Positions 12,201-25,425 of a DNA stretch of 64,000 nucleotides are shown in pieces. The notes beneath the pieces were generated by a model. It searched no databases and was not told the origin of the DNA. It worked only from the letters and a program-made list of their open reading frames with translations. The position numbers and the translations under genes are program-made. Origin of the DNA: Chiloscyllium plagiosum (Eukaryota); assembly GCF_004010195.1 (NCBI RefSeq), contig NC_057728.1, positions 45,716,229 through 45,780,228 on the forward strand, given 5' to 3'. How positions within the stretch are numbered: position 1 is the first letter of the stretch; the number at the start of each line of letters is the position of its first letter.

Positions 12201-13237
12201 TTGTGTACACAACTGAATTATTTGACTATGCGATTGTCACAGTCAAACCTTCAGAGAAACAACTAATTCAAATATAAATGTCCAACCAATGTCTTTGTCA
12301 TTGCCAGTCCCTATTTTCTCTAGAATTTAAAAAAAGGATTTGATCTAATTCTAAATTGAATGAAGGAGCACAGTTTGGGGGTGGGGAAACTGAATGTGTC
12401 CTGGAAGTGTGGGATCTCCTTCCTAAGGAACACCTACAGTTTTACTTGGAGCAGGTGAAAGTATAATGTTTACATAAGCAAGGTGGCCAGGATGGCATTA
12501 ACTAATAAAGTTCAATTATTAACTTTATGCATAGTGAGCAAGATGCTGGAAAGATGCAGATCTAGAGGTCCATGAGGGGCACTAATGAGTCCTCTCCACC
12601 TGGAAATCTCCAGACTTGCACGATGTTCTCAAAGTTTTGTGACTGGTGCTTCTTTTCAATACATCACTCATCTTATAAACATTGTTCATTGTATTCAGAG
12701 ATTTAGGATGGTGGCCCACCTACATGATTTTCCTTCCCTTATATACTGGGCATCCAAGATAGTCAATATTGATTTCTGTTCCCATAAAGATATTAGAATC
12801 AACTGACCTTCGTTGTAATTATGGATTTGCTAACGGGGTTAACAGCATAGATCAACGGCACATTGCTGGGACAAACTCCTTGAAATTACTACTCATGGCA
12901 CTGTCAGAGTACTTTCAGTACCTGAAGAGTTGGAATATAAAAGGATGTTTTTCACTATCTTTTCAAGTGGACTATGACTGGACAATAAATGCTCATAAAA
13001 CCTGCCAAGAGATAAGTTTTTGTTTCAGATTTTAAAGAGAATATGGCATTGAAATTGAGGATCAACCATATAATTTGGATGGCAGAGCAGGCTCAAAGGG
13101 CCAAATGGCCCATTTCTGCTCCCAGTTTCTATGTTTCTATATCAAAAGAATTAAAGTAAGGATTTTTGCTTGAGAGTGGAGTAGAACTTCAAGGTGTGCA
13201 TGCCTGGAAGAGTTGTGACAGTGGGTTAACTACTATA

Positions 13238-13505
13238 TAAAAACCAAAATAACTGTGAATGTTGTAAATCAGAAACAAAAACAGAATTGCTGAAAAAGCT
13301 CAGCAGGTCTGGCAGCATCTATGGAAAGAAATCAGAGTTAGCGTTTCTGGTTGAGCGAGTGACCCGAAACTTTCTGAGGAAGGTCACTCAACCTGAAATG
13401 TTAAATCTGATTTCTCTCCACAGGTGCTGCCTGACCTGCTGAGCTTTTCCAGCAATTTCAGTTTTTGTTTCTGATTTACAGCATCCACAGTTCTTTCAGT
13501 TTTTA
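13238..13505. mobile_element. Penelope-derived fold-back mini-element with hammerhead-like motif
   Basis: ~120-bp inverted arms; central CTGAGGA-AGGTCACTCAACCT-GAAA-TGTT at 13374-13402. Confidence 0.8.
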
Positions 13506-13894
13506 ATTGAGGAATTTTGTTTCACTGCTTGAAAGTGGATTAAAATGTGTCCTCAGCAGTGTTTTAATTGACAAACATGAACCCAAAAAGTAACATCTGG
13601 CAATGAACCCTGAAACCCATTAAATTGCTTCCTTTTTCCCCATACCTAACATTTCGAACATGATGTGCATATCTTGCATTGATCTTTCTCTACACCTGTG
13701 CAGTTTAAAACTCTGACCTAGGTTGCTGAATAGAAAAAGAGTTTACTACAGTTATATTCAGAGGTGATTATGCTGACTGCCTTTTTGGATAGTTCAACAT
13801 CTCAATTCTACTTAAAGTAACTTTTTTGTGATGCAAGATCTCACAAAATATAAAGTGGTGACATTATGCCAATGTGGATATAAGAAAGTCAATC

Positions 13895-14135
13895 TTTTTA
13901 AATCATTCAATGGGACATGACATTTCTAATTGGGTCAGCATTTCTTAATCATCCCTAATTGCCCTTGAGAAGGTGTTACTGCTGTCGTCCATATGCTGTG
14001 GGTATCCCACAATGCCTTTAAAGAGGAAATTCACCAAGCAACACTGAAGGAAAGGCAACATGTTTCCAAGTCAGGATGGTAAGTGGTTTGGATGGAAACT
14101 TGCAGGCAATGGTTTTTCCATGTTTCTGCAGCCTC
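13895..14135 (-). mobile_element. 3' end of L2/Crack-like LINE
   Basis: Reverse complement of the tail at 30900-31110 (CATCCCTAATTGCCCTTGAGAAGGTG). Confidence 0.6.
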
Positions 14136-14299
14136 GTAAGTAGAATGAAAATGTGTCCTCAGTGCTTTAATTGATAAACATGAATCCGACAAGTAACAGG
14201 CTACATCTGGCAATAAACCCTGAAACCAAGTCTGAAAGATGACTTCAGAAAAAGGGAAGGAGAATGAACAGCATCGATGGCATCAGGATAAATACCTGA

Positions 14300-17200
14300 G
14301 GAGTGTGGCCTGGACTAAGTTCAGTCTGAGTTTTAACAGCAGCAGCAACAAAGCAAAGGAGAGCGGATCTGGGGATAAATAGTGCCAACAGGAGAAATAC
14401 CTGAACAGCATGGTCAGAGCAAACATGGAGCTGAACCCAAGGATAGAACTATGGAGATGATGTCATCACTCAAAATGAGAGAGCTAGGCTGCTTGGGAAT
14501 GAGGTTTGCAGACTGAGTAGTGTCTGGAGAAAGGTAAAGTACTTAATTTCCTGTAGTTTGCCAGGAATAAAGAGTGGGAATGAGAGACCTGACTTTGGTG
14601 ATTAGTGGGTAAAAATGTGTAATCAGTTCCTGGATTAATGTCTGTAATTGATGAGGTTGATTTTGTTGATAAGGTTCAAAATAGCCGGAGAACTTAGCTC
14701 CATGGAATGCTTCTCTTGCAATATGTGGGAAATCAGGGACACTTCCAGTGTCTGTGGTGTCTATGTATGCAGGAAGCATATCCAGCTGCTGCATGGAGCG
14801 CCTGGAGCTGCGGATGAACTTGCTATGGAGAATGTTGTGGACAGGGCATTTGGTGAGCAGGTCACACCACCAATCGGGGCTACTTAGAGATGAGTTGGGG
14901 GACCACCAGGAAGACCAGTAAATGTGGGCAGGCAGTGCAGGAATCCCCTGCAGCGTCCCCCTCCCAAACAGGCGTACAGTTAAGGGAAAGTAGCAGCAAA
15001 AGCCAGATCTGTGGCATCACAACTGTCAGTGTTGTACAGCGCAGAGGGCAACATGCAGGTGAGAAGTAGTGATAGAGGACTCTATAGTCAGGGATATAGA
15101 TGTTTCTGTGGCTGCAGGCAAGTATTCAGGATGATGTTTTGTCTCCCTGGTGCCAGGGTCAAGGATGTCACCAAGCAAGCACAGGATATTCTGAAGGGGC
15201 AGGGTAAGCATCCAGAGATTGTCATCCATATTTGTACTAACAACACAGGCACAAAGGAAAATGAGGTCCTGCAAAGGGCCTTCAGGCAATTAGGTAATTT
15301 TGAAAAGAAGACCCTGTCGGGTTGTAATCTCGGGATTACATCCTGTGTCACGTTAGTGAGGATAGGAAGAAGAAGATAGTATAGCTAAATACATGGCCAG
15401 AGAGCTGGTGTAGGAGGAAGGGCTTCAGGTATGTGAATCATTGGGATATCTTCTGGGGCAGATAGCACCTGTACAAGGAGGAAGGTTGCACCTAAACTGG
15501 AGCGACACCAATATCATGTCGTGGAGGTTTGCTATTGTCACACAGGAGGATTGCAACTATTCTGGTAGGGCTGCAGGAGATGCAGGAACCGGAGGAATAA
15601 GTCAGCAAGTAAAGTAACTAAGGTCAGTAAGACTATAAGGAAGAACAGACAGGGAGAGATAATAGCAGGAATGGCAGTCTGAGATGTATTTGTTTTAATG
15701 AGCGTAGTGTAACAGGTTAGGCAGATGAGTTTAGAACTTGAATCAATTCATGTAACGTCATAACTATTGCAGAGACCTGTTTGTCAAAGGCACAAGACAG
15801 GCAGCTTAACACTCTGGTATGTAGATGTTCAAGATGAGATAGAGAGGGATGTAAAAGAGGTGGGGGAATTATGTTACTGATTAGGGAAAACAGCACAGCT
15901 TTATGAGGGAGGGGTGGAGAGGGCTTATCCAGCAAGGCCATATGTGTACAGCTCAAGAATAGGAAAGGGGCAATCATTTTGATGGAATTATACTATACGC
16001 CTCCCAACAACCAACAGAGGAGCAGAGATTTGTACAGATTACGGAAAAGAGTAAAACCATCAGGTTGTGGTGGGTGATTTTAACTTCCCTGACATTGACT
16101 GGGACTGGCTTGGTACCAGGGACTTGAATGGACTGGGGAAAATTGTTACGTGTGTCCAGGACAGTTTTAAAAAAAAATGTAAATTATCTAACAAGGTAAG
16201 GGGCCACACTAGACCTGATATTGGAGAATTAGCCCAGCTAGGTGATCAAAGTATCAGTGGGGGAGTATTTTTTTGGGAACAGTGACCATAATTCTCATAA
16301 GCTTTGTTATGGATAAAAATAAGAGTGATTATCAGGTGAAAGTACTAAATTGAGGGAAGGCTAACTAAGACAATATTAGGCCGGGACTGGGGAATGTAGA
16401 TCGGCGACACTGTTTGAGGGTAAATCTGCATCTGGGAATCTTTTAAAGGCTAGTTGATAATGTTCTGAATCAGCATGTTCCTGTGAAAATGAAAGATTAG
16501 GATGGCAAGATTCAGGAAACTTGGATGACAAGAGAAATTGAGAACTGAGTCAAAAAATGGCATACATAAAGTTTAGGAAACTGAAAACAGACAGAGCCCT
16601 CAAAAATACAACGGTAGCCGGAAAGAACTCAAACAAGGAATTAAGAGGGCTAAAATGGGCCATGAAATGTCTTTGGCAAGCAGGATTAAGAAAAATCCCA
16701 AGGTGGTTTATATGTATATCAGGAGCTAGAAGGTAGCTAGGGAAAGAATTGATAATCTCAAGGATAAAGGAGGGAATTTATTCGTGCAGCCAGCAGACTT
16801 GGGTGAGGTCCTTAACAAATACTCTGCAGCAATATTCACAAAACAGAAGGACATGGTGGATGGTGACTTTCGGGAAGGGTATGTTGATATTCTAGGGTAT
16901 GTCATTATAAAATTAAAAGAGGTGTTGGGTATTTTGAAAAGGATTAAGATAGACAAGTCCCCAGGAGTTGTTAGGATCTATTGCAGAATGTTGAGGGAGG
17001 CAGGTAAGGATTGCTGGGGCCTTGTATGAAATCCTTGTATCCTCTTTAATCACAGGAAAGGTCCCAGATGACTACAGAATAGTCAATGCTGTTCCTTTGT
17101 TTAAGAAGGACAATAAGGATCACCTGGGAAATTACAGGTTGGTGAACCTTACATCAGTGGTAGGGAAATTATTGGAGAAGATTCTTGGAGGTAGAATTTA

Positions 17201-18442
17201 CTCACATTTGGAAAAGAATGGAATTAGCAATCGGTAGCATGGCTTTGAGCAGGTAAAGTCATGGATCTAAGGATTTTGAGAAAGTGACGAAAATAATTGA
17301 CTAGGGAAGGGCAGTGGATGTTATTGACACAGACTTTAATACGGCATTTGACAAGGTACCTGATGGCAGGCTGATATAAAAACTGAAGTCACATGGGATC
17401 CGCAGCAAGCTGGTAAGATGGATACAGAACTGGCTTTGTTATAGAAAATAGACTAGTGGTAGAAGAGTGTTTTCCTGACCGGAGATCTGTGATGAGTGGT
17501 GTTCGGCAGGGATCAGTGCTGGGACCCTTGCTGTTTGTAATATATATCAACGATTTGGAGGAGAATGTAGTTGGCATGATTAGCAATTTGCAGATGACAC
17601 AGCGATTGGAGAAGCTGTGAAAAGAAGGAATATTGCCAGAGGATACAACAGGATATAGTTAGGCTGGAAATTTGGGCAAAGAAGTGGCAAATGTATTTTA
17701 ATGTGGACAAATGTGAGGTGATGTATTTCCCCAAGAAGGATGTATACACTAAATGACAGAACCCTGAGTAGCATCAGCATGCAGAGGGATCAGGATGCAC
17801 AGATCCATAGGTCCCTGAAAGTGGCAAAACAATAAGTTAAGATGGTCAAGAAGGAATATGGAATATTAGACTTCATCAGTCGGTGCATAGAGTAGAAAAA
17901 TTGGCAAGTCATGGTGCAGCTATAGAGAACTTTAGTTAGTTTGGAATATTGTGTATAGTTCTAGTCGTCACACTACCAGAAGGATGTGGAAGCTTTGGAA
18001 AGGGTACAGAAATGGTTTACCAGGATATTGCCTGGTTTGGAGGAGAGATTGAACCAACATAGTTTGTTTTCATTTGAATGTCAAAGAGTAGGGGATGACC
18101 TGGTAGAAGTTTACAAAATTATGAAAGGTATGGATAGCTGGAGTCTTTTTCCCAGGGTTGAAATGTCAATTACTGGAGGGCATAGATTTAAAGTAAAGTT
18201 TAAAGGTGATGTGAAAGGCAAGTTGTTTTTACACAGAGTGTTAAGTGCCTGGAATGTGTTGCCAGAAGAGGTGGTGGCAGCGGATACAATAACAATGTTT
18301 AAGAGACATTTTGATAAATATATGAATAGGCAGGGATTAGAGGGATATGGACCACTTGGAGGCAAAATGTCTTTAGAAAGGCATCATGTGTCATGCAGTC
18401 TTGGTGGGCTGAGAAACCTGTTTCCGTGCTGTATTGTTCTTG
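14300..18442 (+). mobile_element. Near full-length degenerate CR1 LINE (ORF1 zinc finger and SGNH esterase; ORF2 APE endonuclease and RT)
   Basis: Ordered fragments: ECFSCNMWE (ORF1 zf), CLPGARVKDV/IVIHICTNN (esterase), VGDFNFPDIDW (APE), VPLFKK...NYRLVNLTSVVGKLLE (RT), LERVQKWFTRILPG...AWNVLPEEVV (C-terminus). Many stops and frameshifts. Confidence 0.92.
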
Positions 18443-19235
18443 TCCTTGGTAGTAGTTTGGAAGGTGCTGTCTAAGCAGCCTTAGTGAAGTTCTACAGTGC
18501 ATCTTGTAGATGGTATATACTGCTCCTGCTGAGTGTTGGTGGTGGAAGAGGTGGACATAGTGCCAATAAAGCTGGCTGCTTTGTCCTGGATGGTGTGAAG
18601 CTTCTGGAATGTTGTTGGAACAACACTCATCCGGACAAATGGCTGACTCCTGACTTGTGTCATACAGATGGTGGACAGGCTTTGGGTAGTCAGGAGATGA
18701 GTTACTCGCTGCAGGATTCCTAACCTCTCATCTGCTCTTGCATCCACTCTACTTATATGGCTGATCCAGTTCAGTTTCTCATTAATGGCATCTACCAGGA
18801 TGTTAATACTGGGAGTTCAGTGACGGTAATGCAATTAAATGTCAATGGGCAATGGTTAGATTCTCTTGGGCACTGCCAGGCACTTGTGTGGCATGAATGG
18901 TAGTTGTTCAGGTTCTGCTACATTTGCACATGGACTGCTTCGTTATCATGACTGGTGCTGAATATTATGCAATCATCAGTGAACGTTCATGTTTCTGAGC
19001 CTATGATGGAAAGATGGTCATTGTTGAAGCAGCTATAGATGGTTGAGCCTAGGGCACAGCCCTGACAAACACCTGCAGGAGTGTCCTAGAATGGAGATGA
19101 CTGATCAACAACCACAAGCATCTTCCTTTGCGCGAGATATGGTTCCAACCAATGGAGTCCTTTCCCCTCAATTCCCATCGACTCCAGTTTTGCTGGGGCT
19201 TCTCAATGCCCACTTGTTTAAATGTGACCTTGACA
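18443..19235 (-). mobile_element. L2/Crack-like LINE RT C-terminal fragment
   Basis: ORF 18481-18747 (RLGILQRVTHLLTTQSLSTICMTQVRS...IQDKAA); homologous to 30200-30800. Confidence 0.75.
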
Positions 19236-20509
19236 TCATTATGAATATTTGTTCCACAAAATGTACAATCAGAATTTCAGATTATTTTATATGGTGAATC
19301 ACAAAACAATTCATTATACTGTATGGTATATCATCGTTTAAATATGCATAAATATCTGTTAAAAATGTGCCTACCTGACTTATAATTATAGACTTTGCTT
19401 TGCTGTGATGAATGCAATATATTTTACAAAGCATGTTGTTTAACATTCCATACTACATCCTTCAGGTAAATTAATGTGTTCGTTTGGGGTTTCAGCATAC
19501 AGATTTAACCTTTCCCTTTGAAACTTAGATAAAACATACTAGGGTACTTAGAAATGTTTTAAAAATCTGATGATTATTTATGAATATATTTACTTTGATA
19601 GATTAAGCCTTGAAGAAAAATGCATTCCCAGTATTTTCAGCATTTACTATGGAGCTTTTTATTACTTATTAAATGCAATCCTGATTTGGATAAGTACATT
19701 CCAAACCTTCAAAATTACTTTTCGACAGATTAGATTAGAACAATGGATCTTAGAAAATTGAGAATGCCATGTTATTATTTGAATGGATCTATAAATAAAA
19801 ATGACAGTTTGCAATGTGCTGCTATGTTTGACCTTAGCTCTTAACATGAATGTTAAAATTAGTGGAAGGAAATGAGATGAAGGTTTTGAAATCTATTTGT
19901 TGAGTTTAACTTTACAGCTCAAAGAAAATGTGTTTACTTATTTGCTTCAAAGTTTGTTTTACAAGTAACCTGAAGTGACGAATGAAATTCTAAACTGATT
20001 TTGTGTCGGGCATCAAGTTATTAAATGGATAAAATTAAAAGAAGAATGTATGCTCTTCAAGAGAGCACTCCAACAGCTTATTACTCATTACTTTCATGCT
20101 AGCTATGCGTGTGATGGAGTAGAAGACTGAGATAGATTTGGAAATACAACTTTGTTATCAATAACATCACTCAGGTACTTTGATCTCAAAGGAATGGATT
20201 ATTTAGACTGTTAAGACTGTATAATGAATTAATAAATTCACATTTAAAATATTGTCTTACTTTGGTCAACCTACCTTCAAAAGTATATTGGTATATTGGA
20301 GAGAGATAAAAAGAAAGAACAATTTCACAACCTGAAGGTTTAACTCTAGAACAGAAGCTCCAAGAAACCAGTTTGCATTCCATTTATATGAATAATACAG
20401 AGAAGATTAGATGCAGGTATTTTACAATAGTCAGATGTAGGTAATTTTGATAATTTAGTAATATGTTACAGGAACATATTCGTATAAAATTAATAAACTT
20501 GAAAAAAAT

Positions 20510-23500
20510 GCAAAATTGATTTGTCCCTTTGAGCATGTTGCACCACTTAATAAGATCATGGCTGCACTCGTCATGACCCCTTAATTTTCCTATCTTCTCT
20601 ATCATCTTTCATTCCCTTGCTTGAGAAGAATTTATCTAACTCTGCCTTAAAAATATTCAACGATGCTGCCTCCATCACTCTGGGGAAGAAAGTTTCAAAG
20701 ACTCTTAATCCTCCAAGAGAAAAGCATTCTGTTCAACTGCGTTAGATGGTTTACCCCTTATTTATAAACTGTTCCCTCGTTCTAGGTTCCCTGATAAAGG
20801 AAATATTCTTTCTACATCCACTATGTCAAATCCCCTCAAAATACTGTTTCAATATGTCTACCTTTCATTCTTCTAAACTTCCAAATTGTCAACCCTTACT
20901 CATAACTGAGCTTCCCCATTCCAGGTATCAGTCATGTGAACCTTCGCTGACCTACCTCTGATGTATATACATATTTTCTTAAAGAAGGAGACCAAAACTG
21001 TGCACAGTAGTCCACATGTAACCTCACCAATACAGTACCCAACCATAACAAAGCATCTCAATTTTAAATTCCACTTCACTCTTAATGAGCAACAAAATTT
21101 AATTTGTTAAACCAGAATCAGAAATATAAGATATTGTTCACAGAGTTGCAGATGTGCAGAATAAGCCAGTGTTGCTCTTGTCAAGTTACATGTGAATAAT
21201 GATCAAACTGGTAGATTAGGCTCAACGGGCTGATTGGTCCAATGTTCTTCTGTTCTTATTCCTGTGTTAAGACCATTAGATCATAACACATAAGAGCAGA
21301 ATTAGGTCATTTCGCCCATCAAGTCTGCTCTACCATTTAATCATGACTAATAAGTTTTTCAACTCCATTCTTCTGCCTTCTCATAATCTTTGATTCCCTT
21401 ACCAATCAAGAACCTCTGCTCTTCTTAAATGCATTAAGTAACTTGGCCTCCACAGTATCTGTGGCAGTAAATTCCTCAGATTAACCATTGTCCAGCTGAA
21501 GAATTTCTTCCTCATCTCAATTCCAACGGTCATCCCTAAACTCTGAGGCTATGCCCTCAGGTCCGAGTCTTTTCTACTAGTGGAAACATCTTTCTCCACC
21601 TCCACTGTATCCAGGTCTCCTACTATTGTGTAAGTTTCAATCATATCCACCCTCATCTTCCAAACCCCATCGAGTGCAGACCCAGAGTGCTTAACTGTTC
21701 CTCATAGGACAAGCCTTTCATCCACAGGATCATTCTTGTAAACCTCTGGATCCCTTCCAACTCCAGCACATCCTTCCTTAGATATGTAGCCCAAGACTGC
21801 TCGCGATATTCCAAATGCAATCTGACCAGAGCCTTATACAGCCCCAGCAGTACATCTCTACTGTTCATTCTAGCCCTTGTAAAATGAATGCTTACACTGC
21901 ATTTGCCTTCGTAACTGACAATTGAACCTGCATGTTAATCTTAAAAGACTCCTGAACTAAGACTTCAGATTTCCAAAGCCTTTCTCCATTTAGAAAATGG
22001 TCTACACCATATAGTCCCTACCAAATTGCATAACCTCATACTTTCCTACATTGTGTTCCATCTACTGCTACTTTTCCCACTCTATCCTGTCCAAGTCCTT
22101 GTGTAGCCTCCCTTTTTCCTCAACACTACCTATGCCTCCACCTAACATTGTATTGTCTGTAAATTTAGCAACAATGTTCCTTTGTTCAGTTTATTTATAT
22201 ATAACATGAATAGTTGTAGTCCCAAGATGGACCTCTTTGGAACTCCACTCGTGACCAACTACCATTCTGAGAAAAAAACCCTTATCCTTACTCTCTGCCT
22301 TCTGCCACTTAGCCAGTCCTCTATCCATGCCAGTAACTTGTCCAAAACACTATTGGCTCTTATCTTATTTAGCAGCTTTCTCAACTGTCAAAAGTCTTCT
22401 AGAAATCCAAATTGATCATATCCACTGGCTTTCCTTTGTCTAACTTGCTTGTTACCACCTCAAAATAATCCTAACAGATTTATCAGTAACCTCTCCAAGA
22501 GAAACCTGGTGTAAATATGTAAATAAAGTTTCAGCTTTCTTACTATTTTCCTGTCAAAGTGAAGTGGTTTCAATTTGCAATGATGAAAAAGAGATATTAC
22601 ATTTCACATGGACCCTGATCTGAGTTCCAAGTTCACACAAACCAAGTGATGCAAGGTTCAATGCGAGTAGGAACTAAAGAAATAGGAGCATGAATAGACA
22701 ATGTGACCCTTGGAACTTGTTCTATCATTTAATAAGACCTTACAGATCTGATTGCGGCTCTAACTCTAATATCCTATCTTTTCACACAAGCACACACACC
22801 CACCCAATTACCTTTGACTCCCTGTTGGATGAAATATTTCTCTCGTTCAACCTTGAATATGATCAATGATTTGGCCTACACTTCTCACTTTGAAAGAAGA
22901 AATCCTTTTATTAAAGAAAAGATGATTATGAAACTATTAAGCTTGGTTCTAAATTCCCCTATTAGGGAAATGTCCTCTCAGCATCTGAACTGTTAATTCC
23001 CCTCAGAATCTTATATGCTTCAATAAGATCATCTTTCATTCTTCCGAATTTCAATGAATATAGGCGTGACTTGCTCAACCTTTCATCATAAGATAACCTC
23101 TTCATTTAGTAATAAATCGAGAGAACTTTTCCTGAATTGTGGTTCAATGAAATTAAGTAAGGAGATACAATTGTCGCACCAATACCCTTTACAGGTTAAA
23201 AAGTTGAAATAACTGCAGAGACCAGTACCCTATCACTAAGTCACACTTTATTTACATGTGCACAGTACGTGGACTCTGAGCAGCTAGCACAAAGCCAATC
23301 CCTAGACTGATGAGACCTTCTGAATCTCTTGTTTATATCTGCCAGCAAGGGCTCCCTGATTGGGGTTGTTAACCTGGGCCAATCCACCTGGGCATGGTTC
23401 CAATTACTACAAAAGGCTTCCTAATTTTTATACTCCTTTCACCTAGCAATAAAGGCCAAAATTCCATTTTACTTCCCAACTACTTTCTAACCAGAATATT

Positions 23501-23640
23501 AATGTTTTAATGATTCATGTACAAGAACCCCTTAGACTCCTTTATTGTGCACCATTTGGCAGTGTCTTTCCATTTAAATATCCCACTTTGCTAGTCTTCC
23601 AACTGAAGTGGATAACCTAATATTTTCTCATATTATACTT
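20510..23640 (-). mobile_element. Cluster of three decayed CR1 3' fragments (~20510-21110, 21275-22490, 22670-23640)
   Basis: ORF 21653-21868 (LYKALVRLHLEY...RKDVLELEGIQRFTRMI) plus repeated CR1 3' tails. Confidence 0.75.
23194..23411 (-). mobile_element. Short solo LTR inserted in CR1
   Basis: Minus strand begins TGTAGT, then has a CCAAT box, TATAAA (23332-23337) and AATAAA in LTR order; homologous to 62990-63130. Confidence 0.6.
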
Positions 23641-23674
23641 GATCTGCCAATGTCTTCCCACTTATGTTTTTTCA

Positions 23675-24020
23675 ATCATTCGTGGGTTATGGGTGTCACT
23701 GGCCAAGCCAGCATTTATTACCCATTGTTAATTACCTAGAGTACAGTGAAGTGTCAACCACTTTGCTGTGCGTCTGGAGTCACATGTAGGCCAGACCAGG
23801 TAAGGATGGCAATTTTCTTCCCTAAAAGACATTAATGAAACAGATGGGTTTTTCCCTGACAATCATTAACAGTCATCACTACACAACATGGTCATCATTA
23901 GACTCCTAATTCCAAATATTTATTGGATTCAAATTCCACCAGCTGCCATGGCAGGATTTGAAACTGGCTCCCAGAATCTCTAGATTAATAGTCTATCGAT
24001 AATATCACTAGGCCATTGTA
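23675..24020 (-). mobile_element. tRNA-type SINE with L2/Crack-like tail
   Basis: Reverse complement of the 24108-24480 family (GGATTTGAA B-box remnant; CCAGCATTTATT tail). Confidence 0.7.
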
Positions 24021-24107
24021 TTAATCCTGTCCTTATTCCTTTGTAGATTCCATGTGTGTTCTCCTTTTCTATCCATCTTTGTATTGTAAGCAAAATTGGG
24101 AGAATCT

Positions 24108-24480
24108 AAGGTGGTGTAATGGTAATATCACCAAACTAGTAATCCAGAAGCTGTGGCTAATACTCTGTGGATATGGAATTATGGCAGCTGATGGAATCTA
24201 AATTCAATTAATAATTTGAATTGAAAGCTTGTCATTGAAAGGCTGACCACAAAACTATCGCTGTGTGTTTTTAAAAATCATAAGCTTCATTAATGTCCTT
24301 TAGAGGTGGAAATCTGCCAACATTTCTTGATCTGGCCACATGCTAGTCTAGACCCACACACAGCAAAATGATTGACTCTTAACTGCTCTCTAAATGGCCC
24401 AGCAAAGCACTTTGTTCAAATACATTTAGGGATGGGCAATGAATTCTGGCTTTGCCAATAGTGCCCACATTCTATTAAAG
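24108..24480 (+). mobile_element. tRNA-type SINE with L2/Crack-like tail
   Basis: A-box-like GGTGTAATGGT; tail TAGGGATGGGCAATGAATTCTGGC shared with the LINE end at 31050-31100. Confidence 0.7.
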
Positions 24481-24499
24481 AATGATGGAAAGAAGGCTA

Positions 24500-25425
24500 T
24501 AATATACTAGGACTTGGGTCATAGTTTAAAAATAAGGGATCGTCCATTTAGAGCAGAAATGAGGAAACATTTATTCTGTCAGAGGATTGAGTGTGTTTGG
24601 ATTTGCCCTCTCCAAAAGGCAGTGGATGCAGAATCTTTAAATATTTTTACGGAAGAGGTTGATAGATTTCTTATTCCCTTGGTAATTAAAAATCTATCAG
24701 GGATGAGCAATATCAGAAGCTAGAGTTGGCGTTAATAATCAACTCAGTCATGATTTTACAGAATGGCAGAGCAGGCTTGAAGGGCTAAGTGGCCTACTCT
24801 TGCCACTTATTTATGTGTATGTTCAAGTCCTTTATCCAAGTTATTAAAATAGATTGTGAATAGTTGAAGCCCCAGCACTACATCACTCCACTATCTGGCT
24901 CACTATTTCTTGTTAGCCATCCCTCTGTCCATGCGAATTACCCACAACACAATGAGCTGTGGGTCTTTATCAAATGCTTTTAGAAATCCAAATGTGGCAC
25001 ATCTGCATATTACTCTTTATCTGCCAGTGCATTTTCCATTTACAATCTCAAAGAACTCTCATAAATTCATTAGACATTATTTTCCATTCATAATATCAGA
25101 CTGGCTTTGCTGAGTTGCATTATGATTTTCTAAATGTTCTGCTTTAAAAAAAACTATTTTGTGGGATGTGGGCATTGCTGGCTGGCCAGCATTTATTACC
25201 TGTCCCTAGTTGCCCTTGGGAAGATGTGGTAAGCTGCCTTCTTGAAACACTGCAGTCCACCTGCTGTGGATTGATCCACAATGAAATTACGGAGGGAATT
25301 CCAGGACTCCGACCTAGGTGAAGGAACCACGATATATTTCCAAATGTGAGTGGCTTGGAGGGGATTTTGGTAGTATCTGCTGCCCTTGTTCTAGACGGAC
25401 GTGGTCATGGATTTGGAAGGTACTA
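24500..25425. mobile_element. CR1 3' end (+, ~24500-24820), CR1 fragment (-) and L2/Crack-like tail (-, ~25155-25425)
   Basis: ORF 24514 (GHSLKIRDRPFRAEMRKHLF) is a CR1 C-terminus; tail GCCAGCATTTATT...GCCCTTG. Confidence 0.7.

Noticed and set aside
23308..23330. CTGATGA in the solo LTR as a possible hammerhead or snoRNA box
   Set aside because: No stem II/GAAA follows, and the homologous LTR copies read CTGAGGAG.
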